Counted from the stretch's first letter, positions 19,367 through 33,388 are shown. The stretch is DNA of 64,000 bases from Macrostomum hystrix (GCA_950097015.1 CATNEN010000003.1:12710001-12774000); one strand, 5' to 3'. Program-made: numbers and translations. The notes: generated by a model not told the origin, from the letters alone.

Positions 19367-22300
19367 AGGTGGCTGCGGCTGAGTCTTCTGGCGTAGAGGC
19401 ACGTCGGTACTGTCAATCGATGTTGGGGACACTTCGATTACATCTGGCAACTCGTCGTAGGTGTCGGATATCTGACGATTCAATCGTTCAGGATCATCGT
19501 AGGGCTCCGGGTCAGAGTATTTTGTTGCCTCCTGAGAAGTAGCTTTTGCTATAGTCGGCGTCGGCATTGTGCGCTTGTACACCTCGGCGTAGATCGGCTG
19601 TCCGGTCGACCTCTGATCGTCGAATCGAACTGACTTCGCAACGCCGGCCGCAGTGCCGCCTAGAACTTGTCTCTGCGGTGGAGGCGCCGGCGCCGGTGCA
19701 GCTGCTGACGTGGCCGATGACGTCGAGATTCCGCTGGAGCGTCTAGATGCTGCTGCTGCTGCTGCTGCAGCGCTGACTGCGGCATCCTGTGGACCCGATA
19801 GTCGAACGACACTGTCAGGACTGTCGTAAAAGTCCCAGCTACCGCCGCGCTGATGCTGCTGCTGTTGCTGCTGCTGCTGCAATTCTATCGAGTTTCGCGG
19901 CGGTAGATCGGGACCAGAGACGGCCTTAGGTGGTAGGCGGGGCTTCTCGGGGGCCTTGGAATTTTGATTTCGAGAATTTTGAGTCAGGTTTCATCGGGAA
20001 GAATTTCACTTGACATTCCAGCACCGCAGTCTCACCTCCAGCACACCGATGAGCTGCAGCCGGTTGCCCGGAGCGATGCCATTCCTGCCGCGGTAACTGC
20101 ACAGCCACCAGCCGTCCAGTCCTGCCGGGCTCTGGTCCAGCACGGTGAGAATGGCGCCCTTCTTGAAGTCCAATTCGCTTTCGTAGCTGGAGCTGTTGTC
20201 GTACATGGCTCTGGCTAGAGTGGCCTGGGTATAGTGTTTGCAGTTTTTTATGGGTTAAAGTGATTTAATTCAGTTTAACAAAATGCTTCATTTCAACCTG
20301 ATATGAAACATTCCTAGAAATATCGGGTTTGAAATTTCTAATAAAAAGTCCCAACTACAAGATTCCTAAATAAAGATCCCTAAAACACAATCCGTCTAAC
20401 AATATCCTTGAAGCAAGATTAATAGAACAAGTTTTCTCAAGCAAATCATAAAAACACGATCCTAAAAAACAATCCCTAAGACACGATCCCTCAAGCACGA
20501 TCCCTAAAACACGATCCCTAAGACACGATCCCTAAAGCACGATCTCTAAAGCACGATCCCTAAAACAGATCCCTAAAGCACGATCCCTAAACACGATCCC
20601 TGCAACACGATCCCTGCAACACGATCCCTGCAACACGATCCCTGCAACACGATCCCTGCAACACGATCCCTGCAACACGATCCCTGCAACACGATCCCTG
20701 CAACACGATCCCTAAAACACGATCCCTGCAACACGATCCCTGCAACACGATCCCTGCAACACGATCCCTGCAACACGATCCCTAAAACACGATCCCTAAA
20801 ACACGATCCCTAAAAAATCGATCCCTAAAATACGATCCCTAAAACACGATCCTTAAAGCACGATCCCTAAAACATGATCCCTACAACACGATCCCTAAAA
20901 CACGATCCCTAAAGCACGATCCCTACAACACGATACCTAAAACACGATCCCTAAAAAATCGATCCCTAAAACACGATCCCTAAAACACGATCCCTAAAAC
21001 ACGATCCCTAAAACACGATCCCTAAAGCACGATCCCTACAACACGATACCTAAAACACGATCCCTAAAAAATCGATCCCTAAAACACGATCCCTAAAACA
21101 CGATCCCTAAAACACGATCCCTAAAACACGATCCCTAAAACACGATCCCTAGAAAATCGATCCCTAAAACACGATCCCTAAAACACGATCCCTAAAACAC
21201 GATCCCTAAAACACGATCCCTAAAACACGATCCCTAGAAAATCGATCCCTAAAACACGATCCCTAAAAAATCGATCCCTAAAACACGATCCCTAAAACAC
21301 GATCCCTAAAACACGATCCCTAAAACACGATCCCTAAAACACGATCCCTAGAAAATCGATCCAGAAAACACGATCCCTAAAACACGATCCCTAAAACACG
21401 ACTCCTAAAACACGACTCCTAAAACACGATCCCTAAAAATTGATCCCTAAAACACGGTCCATGAAACACGATCCCTAAAAATCGATCCCTAAATCACGGT
21501 CCCTAAAACACGATCCCTAAAAATCGATCCCTAAAACACGATCCCTAAAAATCGATCCCTAAAACACGATCCCTAAAACACGATCCCTGCAACACGATCC
21601 CTGCAACACGATCCCTGCAACACGATCCCTAAAACACGATCCCTGCAACACGATCCCTGCAACACGATCCCTGCAACACGATCCCTGCAACACGATCCCT
21701 AAAACACGATCCCTAAAACACGATCCCTAAAAAATCGATCCCTAAAATACGATCCCTAAAACACGATCCTTAAAGCACGATCCCTAAAACATGATCCCTA
21801 CAACACGATCCCTAAAACACGATCCCTAAAGCACGATCCCTAAAACACGATCCCTAAAACACGATCCCTAAAGCACGATCCCTACAACACGATCCCTAAA
21901 ACACGATCCCTAAAACACGATCCCTAAAGCACGATCCCTACAACACGATACCTAAAACACGATCCCTAAAAAATCGATCCCTAAAACACGATCCCTAAAA
22001 CACGATCCCTAAAACACGATCCCTAAAACACGATCCCTAAAACACGATCCCTAGAAAATCGATCCCTAAAACACGATCCCTAAAACACGATCCCTAAAAC
22101 ACGACTCCTAAAATACGATCTCTAAAACACGATCCCTTAAAATCGATCCCTAAAGCACGATCCCTGAAACATGATCCCTAAAACACGATCCCTAAAACAC
22201 GATCTCTAAAGCACGATCCCTAAAAATCGATCCCTAATACACGATCCCTAAAAATCGATACCTAAAACACGATCTCTAAAACACGATCCCTAAAAATCGA

Positions 22301-25300
22301 TCCCTAATACACGATCCCTAAAAATCGATACCTAAAACACGATCCCTAAAAATCGATCCCTAATACACGATCCCTAAAACACGATCCCTAAAACACGATC
22401 CCTAAAACACGATCCCTAAAACACGATCCCTAAAAATCGATCCCTAAAACACGACTCCTAAAACACGATCCCTAAAAATTGATCCCTAAAACACGGTCCA
22501 TGAAACACGATCCCTAAAAATCGATCCCTAAATCACGGTCCCTAAAACACGATCCCTAAAAATCGATCCCTAAAACACGATCCCTAAAAATCGATCCCAA
22601 AAACACGATCCCTAAAACACGATCCCTGCAACACGATCCCTGCAACACGATCCCTGCAACACGATCCCTAAAACACGATCCCTAAAACACGATCTCTAAA
22701 ACACGATCCCTAAAACACGATCCCTAAAACACGATCCCTAAAACACGATCCCTAAAACACGATCCCTAAAACACGATCTCTAAAGCACGATCCCTAAAAC
22801 ACGATCCCTAAAACACGATCTCTAAAACACGATCTCTAAAGCACGATCCCTAAAACACGATCTCTAAAACACGATCCCTAAAAATCGATCCCTAATACAC
22901 GATCCCTAAAACACGATCCCTAAAACACGATCCCTAAAACACGATCCCTAAAAATCGATCCCTAAAACACGACTCCTAAAACACGATCCCTAAAAATTGA
23001 TCCCTAAAACACGGTCCCTAAAACACGATCCCTAAAAATCGATCCCTAAATCACGGTCCCTAAAACACGATCCCTAAAAATCGATCCCTAAAACACGACT
23101 CCTAAAACACGATCCCTAAAAATTGATCCCTAAAACACGGTCCCTAAAACACGATCCCTAAAAATCGATCCCTAAATCACGGTCCCTAAAACACGATCCC
23201 TAAAACACGACTCCTAAAATACGATCCCTAAAACACGATCCCTTAAAATCGATCCCTAAAACACGATCCCCTAAAATCGATCCCTAAAACACGATCCCTA
23301 AAACATGATCCCTAAAACACGATCCCTAAAACACGATCCCTAAAAATCGATCCCTAATACACGATCCCTAAAACACGATCCCTAAAACACGATCCCTAAA
23401 AATCGATCCCTAAAACACGACTCCTAAAACACGATCCCTAAAAATTGATCCCTAAAACACGGTCCCTAAAACACGATCCCTAAAAATCGATCCCTAAATC
23501 ACGGTCCCTAAAACACGATCCCTAAAAATCGATCCCTAAAACACGACTCCTAAAACACGATCCCTAAAAATTGATCCCTAAAACACGGTCCCTAAAACAC
23601 GATCCCTAAAAATCGATCCCTAAATCACGGTCCCTAAAACACGATCCCTAAAACACGATCCCTTAAAATCGATCCCTAAAACACGATCCCCTAAAATCGA
23701 TCCCTAAAACACGATCCCTAAAACATGATCCCTAAAACACGATCCCTAAAGCACGATCCCTAAAACACGATCTCTAAAACACGATCCCTAAAAATCGATC
23801 CCTAATACACGATCCCTAAAATACGATCCCTAAAACACGATCCCTAAAAATCGATCCCTAAAACACGACTCCTAAAATACGATCTCTAAAACACGATCCC
23901 TTAAAATCGATCCCTAAAGCACGATCCCTGAAACATGATCCCTAAAACACGATCCCTAAAACACGATCCCTAAAGCACGATCTCTAAAACACGATCCCTT
24001 AAAATCGATCCCTAATACACGATCCCTAAAAATCGATCCCTAAAACACGACTCCTAAAACACGATCCCTAAAACACGATCCCTAAAAATCGATCCCTAAA
24101 ACACGATCCCTAAAAATCGATCCCTAAAACACGACTCCTAAAACACGATCCCTAAAAATTGATGCCTAAAACACGATCCCTAAAACACGATCCCTAAAAC
24201 ACGATCCCTAAAACACGATCCCTAAAACACGATCCCTAAAAATTGATCCCTAAAACACGATCCCTAAAACACGATCCCTAAAACACGATCCCTAAAACAC
24301 GATCCCTAAAAATCGATCCCTAAAACACGACTCCTAAAAATCGATCCCTAAAGCACGATCCCTAAAACACGACTCCTAAAAATCGATCCCTAAAACACGA
24401 CTCCTAAAACACGATCCCTAAAACACGATCCCTAAAAATCGATCCCTAAAACACGACTCCTAAAACACGATACCTAAAAATCGATCCCTAAAACACGATC
24501 CCTAAAAATCGATCCCTAAAACACGACTCCTAAAACACGATCCCTAAAAATTGGTCCCTAAAACACGATCCCTAAAAATCGATCCCTAAATCACGGTCCC
24601 TAAAACACGATCCCTAAAACACGATCCCTAAAGCACGATCCCTAAAACACGATCTCTAAAACACGATCCCTAAAAATCGATCCCTAATACACGATCCCTA
24701 AAATACGATCCCTAAAACACGATCCCTAAAAATCGATCCCTAAAACACGACTCCTAAAATACGATCTCTAAAACACGATCCCTTAAAATCGATCCCTAAA
24801 GCACGATCCCTGAAACATGATCCCTAAAACACGATCCCTAAAACACGATCCCTAAAGCACGATCCCTAAAACACGATCTCTAAAACACGATCCCTTAAAA
24901 TCGATCCCTAATACACGATCCCTAAAAATCGATCCCTAAAACACGACTCCTAAAACACGATCCCTAAAACACGATCCCTAAAAATCGATCCCTAAAACAC
25001 GATCCCTAAAAATCGATCCCTAAAACACGACTCCTAAAACACGATCCCTAAAAATTGATGCCTAAAACACGATCCCTAAAACACGATCCCTAAAACACGA
25101 TCCCTAAAACACGATCCCTAAAACACGATCCCTAAAAATTGATCCCTAAAACACGATCCCTAAAACACGATCCCTAAAACACGATCCCTAAAACACGATC
25201 CCTAAAAATCGATCCCTAAAACACGACTCCTAAAAATCGATCCCTAAAGCACGATCCCTAAAACACGACTCCTAAAAATCGATCCCTAAAACACGACTCC

Positions 25301-26256
25301 TAAAACACGATCCCTAAAACACGATCCCTAAAAATCGATCCCTAAAACACGACTCCTAAAACACGATACCTAAAAATCGATCCCTAAAACACGACTCCTA
25401 AAACACGATCCCTAAAAATTGGTCCCTAAAACACGATCCCTAAAAATCGATCCCTAAATCACGGTCCCTAAAACACGATCCCTAAAACACGATCCCTAAA
25501 ACACGATCCCTAAAACACGATCCCTAAAACACGATCCCTAAAAATCGATCCCTAAATCACGGTCCCTAAAACACGATCCCTAAAGCACGATCCCTGAAAC
25601 ATGATCCCTAAAACACGATCCCTAAAACACGATCCCTAAAGCACGATCCCTAAAACACGATCTCTAAAACACGATCCCTAAAAATCGATCCCTAATACAC
25701 GATCCCTAAAACACGATCCCTAAAACACGATCCCTAAAAATCGATCCCTAAAACACGACTCCTAAAACACGATCCCTAAAACACGATCCCTAAAACACGA
25801 TCCCTAAAAATCGATCCCTAAAACACGACTCCTAAAACACGATCCCTAAAAATTGATCCCTAAAACACGGTCCCTAAAACACGATCCCTAAAAATCGATC
25901 CCTAAATCACGGTCCCTAAAACACGATCCCTAAAAATCGATCCCTAAAACACGACTCCTAAAACACGATCCCTAAAAATTGATCCCTAAAACACGGTCCC
26001 TAAAACACGATCCCTAAAAATCGATCCCTAAATCACGATCCCTAAAACACGATCCCTAAAACACGATCCCTAAAACAAGATCCCAAGCATCAAATCCCTT
26101 CATGCAGATGTCCAAAATACATTCTATTTTGATTTAAAATTTAATAAATTGCAATGTGATTTTCGTGAATAACCGTATACTCACCTGCACAACGAAGGTC
26201 GACTTAACTATGCTGCTTTCATTGCCACTACTACCTGGACAATTCAGATTCCTCAT
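17769..26256 (-). CDS. BCAR1: CAS-family adaptor (p130Cas/BCAR1/NEDD9-like): SH3, YxxP region, serine-rich helical domain, C-terminal FAT-like domain
   Basis: Exons 26256-26185 (tentative), 20224-20036 (SH3: LARAMYDN..ELDFKKGAILTVL..GLDGWWLCSYRGRNGIAPGNRL), 19954-18741 (YDSP, YSDP, YDDP; DRALARKLWKHL), 18567-17769 (LSWS..VQANATLLFP; SDREALAFFAE..SKNAVSRGFKL..LKGILTASKA). All junctions GT-AG and in phase. Confidence 0.88.
20450..26085. repeat. 5.6-kb satellite of a 14-bp unit (aaaacacgatccct)n with ~0.9-kb higher-order duplications
   Basis: 14-bp period, ~400 units; the rare variant gatgcc recurs at 24161 and 25057 (896 bp = 64 units apart). Confidence 0.97.
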
Positions 26257-26728
26257 ATTTCACTGCGTAAAATTGCAATAGTTGAATCCGAATTCTAGGC
26301 GACTACAAATATTATGGCAGCAAGAAACAGAACTGACCAATCTTTCATTTTTTTGTCGCAGTTTTTTACAAGAACTGCGATTCACTGGACCTAATTTCTG
26401 GCCTCACAATGTAAGGGCAGATTTTCTTTTAAAGAAAAGTAAGCACCAGAATTGTACACCAGCGATTACGCAGTGGTTTCTGGGGCCAAACCTAATTTTT
26501 CCTTGTTTTATCTAGCTCAAAGATAAAAGACATGCTAACAACAGCTAAATTTGCTGTTTGAAACGAACTCTTAAATGAAGTTGTACAAATTTTAACTGAA
26601 AATTGCTGACGTTGTTTGCTTTTAATCAGTTCTTTATACTTCTTGGAAGAGTGAGTTGTGCATGTACGAAGTAAGTACTTTTCTGTCTTAAATAAGTCTA
26701 AGTATTTTATCACTCCATATACCATCAT

Positions 26729-27420
26729 GTCACTCTGAATACTATTCTGTCACTCTGAATACTATTCTGTCACTCTAAATACTATTCTGTCACTCTGAAT
26801 ACTATTCTGTCACTCTGAATACTATTCTGTCACTCTGAATACTATTCTGTCACTCTGAATACTATTCTGTCACTCCAAATGCTATTCTGTCACTCCAAAT
26901 GCTATTCTGTCACTCCAAATGCTATTTTGTCACTCCAAATGCTATTCTGTCACTCCAAATGCTATTTTGTCACTCCTAATGCTATTTTGTCACTCCAAAT
27001 GCTATTTTGTCACTCCAAATGCTATTTTGTCACTCCTAATGCTATTTTGTCACTCCTAATGCTATTTTGTCACTCCTAATACTATTCTGTCATTCCTATC
27101 ACGATTCTGTCACTTCTAATGCTATTTTGTCACTCCAAATGCTATTTTGTCACTCCTAATACGATTCTGTCACTTCTAATGCTATTTTGTCACTCCAAAT
27201 GCTATTTTGTCACTTTTAAATACTATTCTGTCACTCCAAATACTTTTATGTCACTCCAAATGCTCTTTTGTCACTCCAAATACTGCTCTGTCACTCCAAA
27301 TACTCCTTTGTCACTCCAAATACTCCTTTGTCACTCCAAATACTCCTTTGTCACTCCAAATACTCCTTTGTCACTCCAAATGCCATCTTTAGCACTAAAT
27401 ATAATCGTCACTCCAAAAAC
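26729..27420. repeat. 20-bp tandem repeat (cactcc/tgaatgctattc/ttgt)n with variants changing along the array
   Basis: 20-bp period read directly. Confidence 0.95.
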
Positions 27421-28001
27421 TATTTAGGCAACGTAAATACTTGAACTAATTTGTCAAATGCGTTGTTTTTTTATTCGCCAGAACTAAATTTTCGTTATTA
27501 AATATCTCAAGCCTTAACAATTTTTTATGCGCATTATAATATAGTTTATGATTTATTGAATGTTGTCACTTTAAAATGGCAAAGGAGTCTGCAGCAGATG
27601 ATTCATATTCAGTTTTTCTACCCAGACAGAAATGATGATTCAGAACCCACTAAATTCTCCCCCGAGGGTCGCATTGCGTACAATTCCAAGTGCAAACACT
27701 GAAAATCAATAGGAAAATCTGTCTAGACTAGACCTAGCTCCTATAGGCTTTTTTAAGGGATTTCCGAACCAAACTTGGTTTGGGAAGAAGTGGGAACGTT
27801 AAAGAAAAGCTGATTCACATTGGCGCCGCTTATTGCATTCTACCTAGGAGACATGGAGTGAATCATCCGTCTGTGGGTTGAAAGACGCCATAACACAAGC
27901 TGCGAAAGGATAAAAGCTGAATTTTGGGAGGCCTGAAACAGAACCGAGACCTTGTCAATCTGAAACTCACACACGCTAAGCTAAGCTAACACAACAGAGT
28001 C

Positions 28002-28738
28002 ATGGCCAACCCTAACGCAGTACTGGCAGACATTGGCGCCTTCGACCGTGAGCAAATGCATCATGTTGAGGTTCGCATTTTTCTTTTTTGCATTTTTTTC
28101 GCTTTTTGTTTTAATCGTTGATGTATTTTCTAAGGCGTTGAGCATTGAGCACAGTATCTATCGGACTATTGATCAGGTGGTCAGGAGTTCGAATCCAGCT
28201 TTAAAATGGGCATTAGCAGCGGTTTGGGGTTCGAGTGACACAGCGGTCGAGGTTCCTGAGCTCGATTCAACGGCGAGGCCTGACGATGAGAAAGTCAGGG
28301 ACAGGTGCGCACACACCGGTATCTAAGGAGGCAAATGCGGATCTACTTTCACCAAATGATGTGCCATTTCCCGCAGTCCTCCTGCAATCGTTAATTACTA
28401 ATGGGTATTAGCAGGGGTAAACATGGTGGTAGGTGTTGCGTATTACCCCCACTCGTAAGCGCTGCACAATAACTGCTGCTGTACAACTGGCTGTACATGA
28501 GACACCAATCAAACTCCAGGTGTCGGTGAAGCAGGTTCTGCCTGATCGCGAGCAGGTGGAATTCGAACGCCGCGAGGCCAGCCTCCGTCAGGAGATTGAG
28601 AAGCGCTCGGAGCTGCAGTTGAAACACGTGGAGGTTCAGGAGCGCTGCAGCCTGCCGGACGCTGAACAGATCGCCCAGGAGAAAGCTGCTGCTGCAGCTG
28701 CCACCAACGGCTCGGAGAATGGAACCAATGAGCACTGA
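28002..28738 (+). CDS. Two-repeat beta-thymosin (ciboulot/actobindin-like WH2 actin-binding protein), 95 aa
   Basis: Exon 28002-28070 (MANPNAVLADIGAFDREQMHHVE) joined in phase 0 to 28520-28738 (VSVKQVLPD..EIEKRSELQLKHVEVQERCSLPDAEQIAQEK); two LKHVE-type motifs each followed by LP. Confidence 0.88.
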
Positions 28739-29284
28739 TCCTCAATAGTCTATGGCCCTCCTTGCTAACTAGCAACGTGACTCATTTTTATGCTACCTTC
28801 CGAAACTAGTCTATGGCACTTAAATTTATTCTAAAAGCGACCCCTCATAAAAATATAATTTCGTTTTCTAGCAAAGCTTTCATTTGTCTAAGACAACTTT
28901 TGAACCATTATCAATATTTATTCGCTTGTAATATTTTCATTATTATTATATTGCGTTGCGCTTAATTAAATGCTATAAAAGTCCCAGTGACAAAAATGTT
29001 GTTCCCACAATAAATGCTGAAATCCACTTGCATGGCTTCCCAGACAATTTTACAGAAAGTACATTTAAATCACTGACCTAATTTACACGTTTCAGAAAAA
29101 TGGCGCATTCGTTTTTTGTATTTACTAAGCTACTTTAAAGTAGTGATGAATACATATTATTACAAAATTCAGTGATTACTATAATCCTGATTTTGCCGTC
29201 AGTGCATTACTCCATCACTAGATAATTAACCTGTTATTCCATGTCCCCTTTCACTCTGGGATTTCCCTGTCACCCGATAACTTC

Positions 29285-29975
29285 CCTGTCACTCCATGAC
29301 TTCCCTTATGACTTCCCAGTCACTCCATGACTTCCGTGTCACTCCATGACTTCCCTTATCACTCCATGACTTTCCTTATCACTCCATGACTTCCCTTATC
29401 ACTCCATGACTTCCCTTATCACTCCATGACTTCCCTTATCACTCCATGACTTCCCTTATCACTCCATGACTTCCCTTATCACTCCATGACTTCCCTTATC
29501 ACTCCATGACTTCCCTTATCACTCCATGACTTCCCTTATCACTCCATGACTTCCCTTATCACTCCATGACTTCCCTTATCACTTCATGACTTCCCTTATC
29601 ACTCCATGACTTCCCTTATCACTCCATGACTTCCCTTATCACTCCATGACTTCCCTTATCACTCCATGACTTCCCTTATCACTCCATGACTTCCCTTATC
29701 ACTCCATGACTTCCCTTATCACTCCATGACTTCCCTTATCACTCCATGACTTCCTTTATCACTCCATGACTTCCCTTATCACTCCATGACTTCCCTTATC
29801 ACTCCATGACTTCCCTTATCACTCCATGACTTCCCTTATCACTTCATGACTTCCCTTATCACTCCATGACTTCCCTTATCACTCCATGACTTCCCTTATC
29901 ACTCCATGACTTCCCTTATCACTCCATGACTTCCCTTATCACTCCATGACTTCCCTTATCACTCCATGACTTTCC
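29285..29975. repeat. 20-bp tandem repeat (actccatgacttcccttatc)n, highly homogeneous
   Basis: More than 30 units read directly. Confidence 0.97.
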
Positions 29976-30024
29976 TGTCGCCCCATTCATCAGTCGCTGA
30001 GTTAAACTGCAATTATATACTCAC

Positions 30025-30168
30025 CGGTAAACGCATGGGAACAATGGAATAGTCACCGGACTTGTGCAATAGCCTGTCCATTGGTGGGAAATCATAGGCA
30101 TTCACTGCCGCAACGGCCGCTGCCGCCACAGCTGTTCGCTGCTGCTGCTGCTGTTGTTGCTGGTGCAT
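30025..30168 (-). CDS. Isolated coding exon, probable alternative first exon of the CAS-family gene
   Basis: ATG-led poly-Q/poly-A ORF MHQQQ..AYDFPPMDRLLHKSGDYSIVPMRLP ending at a strong phase-0 donor (CCG|GTGAGT), compatible with the phase-0 SH3 exon at 20224. Confidence 0.5.
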
Positions 30169-30737
30169 TGTGCAAAATGCAGGTGCAAAACGGCACAATC
30201 TACATTCAGTTTGTCATTATCTATCTATAATTGTCCTTTAAAAAGCGTCAAACAATTCACAAAGCAAATGCAAGTGTACTTTCAAATCTCCGATCGCGGC
30301 TCTGGAAATGAAATCCGAACGCGGGTTGCGCCTTATTTTTTTCTAGTTCTCTCCCCAGCTTGTGTCTCTGTGTGCGCGCTCGCCAATCCCACAGCTTCGA
30401 TGGGGGCTTCACGCAAAAGCTTTGAAGCTCTTTGGCGCGTTCAACAGTGTACTTTTCTGGGGTCTAGAGAGTGACATAGTTGGGTAAGAGGCATTAAGAG
30501 TGGAGACGACTGTGGCAGTACAGTGTCTGTGTACTTGCGACAAGAATAAGCGGCTTTTGGGCGAGCAAATGGGAGTAGGAAAGGGGAAGGGATAAACTGT
30601 GGTTGGGAGTTTTCACCCAGCGCTGTTCATTCTCCCCCTCCCTCCTAGGCTGATCAGATCCCTCAGAATGGTGCGTGTGTGATACCTAAAATTAGTATCT
30701 GGTTGTTCTTCTTTACTTTGACTCGATATGATGCAGA

Positions 30738-31745
30738 AATGGAGGGTGAGAAACGACAGGGTGAGAAATGAGAGGGTGAGAAACGACAGGGTGAGAAACG
30801 ACAGGGTGAGAAATGAGAGGGTTAAGAAATGAGAGGGTGAGAAATGAGAGGGTGCGGAATGAGATAGTGAGAAACGAGAAACGAGTAGGTGAGAAGCGAA
30901 GAGGGTGAGAAACGAGATGCTGAGAGACAAGAAGGGTGAGAAACGAGAGGGTGAGAAACGAGAGGTTGAGAAATGAGAGGGTGAGAAATGAGAGGGTGAA
31001 GGGGCTGAGAAACGAGAGGGTGAGAAATGAGAGGGTGAGAAATGAGAGGGTGAGAAATGGAGGGTGAGAAATGAAAGGGTGAGAAATGAGAGGGTGAGAA
31101 ATGAGAGGGTTGAGAAACGACAGGGTGAGAAACGACAGGGTGAGAAACGACTGGGTGAGAAACGACAGGGTGAGAAACGACAGGGTGAGAAACGACTGGG
31201 TGAGAAACGACAGGGTGAGAAATGAGAGGGTTAAGAAATGAGAGGGTGAGAAATGAGAGGGTGCGGAATGAGATAGTGAGAAACGAGAAACGAGTAGGTG
31301 AGAAGCGAAGAGGGTGAGAAACGAGATGCTGAGAGACAAGAAGGGTGAGAAACGAGAGGGTGAGAAACGAGAGGTTGAGAAATGAGAGGGTGAGAAATGA
31401 GAGGGTGAAGGGGCTGAGAAACGAGAGGGTGAGAAACGAGAGGGTGAGAAATGAGAGGGTGAGAAATGAGAGGGTGAGAAACGAGAGGGTGAGAAATGAG
31501 AGGGTGAGAAATGAGAGGGTGAGAAATGAGAGGGTGAGAAATGAGAGGGTGAGAAACGACAGGGTGAGAAACGACAGGGTGAGAAATGAGAGGGTGAGAA
31601 ACGACAGGGTGAGAAATTTGAGGGTGAGAAATGAGAGGGTGAGAAGTGAGAGGGTGAAGGGGCTGAGAAACGAGAGGGTTAAGAAATGATGGTGAGAAAC
31701 GAAGAGGGTGAGAATCCGGAGTAAAATGAGAAACGAGAAAAGAGA
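30738..31745. repeat. 15-bp purine-rich minisatellite (gagaaatgagagggt)n with a ~409-bp internal duplication
   Basis: Read directly; the unique block gtgcggaatgagatagtg recurs at 30852 and 31261. Confidence 0.95.
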
Positions 31746-32334
31746 ATCTGATAACCAATAACACGGCATCTGCATGCAGTGGTTGCATATAGTGGAAGCT
31801 TCAGCAAGGAAGTGTGTTTAAAGAACCACCAGAAGGACTAGTAGATTCTGAGCAACTGAATCTTGATACAAGTCATCACTGCCTTCTAATGTTTAGTAAT
31901 TCATTCATTTTCTAAGCTGTTTGCTTCCGAATGCATGCAATATACGGATGCTAATCTCAATGCTGGAATCGCTATTCAGTTTTCAACACTCAGGCCCGAT
32001 ACATTTTGCAATATTATATTTCATATTGTGTGTTCGCGGCTAATGGGAGGCTTACATTCTGTCTGGCTGGTAATTCAGTCGATTTATGGGTCAATTAGTA
32101 CTTCTTAACACATATTCTACCAGCAGAATGTACGAGTAAGAAGGCAGACTAATATAAATATTATTTATACCCTCGGCTTAGCTGTGTGAATCAAATACGC
32201 AGTTAACCTATTGCTGCTTTAGACGGAAAAAAATAATAAGTCGGCGGAAGAAGGAAAGAGGAGGGGCGGAAAAATGCTGAAAGATTTCAATGTTGAGACA
32301 TTGAAAGGGTCATTGAGTAAATATGGCTGCTGGA

Positions 32335-32960
32335 GGGGAGAGAAAGAGAGGGAGAGGGTAGAGGCTGAGAAGTAGAGACTGTAGAGGGAGAGTGTGAGAG
32401 GGAGAGTGTGAGAGGGAGAGAGTGGAGAGGGAGAGTGTGAGAGGGAGAGAGTGAGAGGGAGAGAGTGGAGAGGGAGAGTGTGAGATGGAGAGTGTGAGAG
32501 GGAGAGAGTGGAGAGGGAGAGTGTGAGAGGGAGAGAGTGGAGAGGGAGAGTGTGAGAGGGAGAGAGTGGAGAGGGAGAGTGTGAGAGGGAGAGAGTGGAG
32601 AGGGAGAGTGTGAGAGGGAGAGAGTGGAGAGGGAGAGTGTGAGAGGGAGAGAGTGGAGAGGGAAAGTGGAGAAGGAGAGTGTGAGAGGGAGAGTGGAGAG
32701 GGAGAGTGTGAGAGGGAGAGTGTGAGAGGGAAAGTGGAGAAGGAGAGTGTGAGAGGGAGAGCGGAGAAGGAGAGTGTGAGAGGGAGAGTGGAGAGGGAGA
32801 GTGGAGAGGGAGAGTGGAGAAGGAGAGTGTGAGAGGGAGAGTGGAGAGGGAGAGTGGAGAGGGAGAGTGTGAGAGGGAGAGTGGAGAAGGAGAGTGTGAG
32901 AGGGAGAGTGGAGAGGGAGAGTGGAGAGGGAGAGAGTGGAGAAGGAGAGTGTCGGAGAGT
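32335..32960. repeat. GA-rich 14-16-bp minisatellite
   Basis: gagagtgtgagagg / gagagtggagagg units. Confidence 0.93.
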
Positions 32961-33388
32961 GTTTAAAAAGATACACGCACTAAAACTATCCATTTATTTT
33001 TATTCAAATACTATACCGACACTCAAGTAGCCCCATAGAATTATTACTTTCTTGGCATATATTAATCGATCTCAAAAAACTCTATCTACGCAGAGAGTGT
33101 GATAAGGTTCAGGAAACGCGACGTTGGAAAAAATGAGCGTGGAGTGTCAACTAGACTCTACAAAGTGCTCTGTTACAAAGATTTATTTTCAATCACGGGC
33201 CAACTGTTTGCAGTTCCTGATTAAACAAGCAAAATATTCCAAGCCTACGAGGGTATAGGAGTTTCAAAATTCACCCATGCCACACTGCAAATAACGCGAC
33301 TTGGAATGCAAGTTTGCTTTGGGCAACCAAATTTTGCTCATTTTCCGGCCTATTTTGCATACAATACTGGAATCGATTGGATTGGAGA

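Noticed and set aside
30613-32993. Low-complexity ORFs (FLTLS, RNERV, SHSPS repeats)
   Set aside because: Translations of GA-rich minisatellites.
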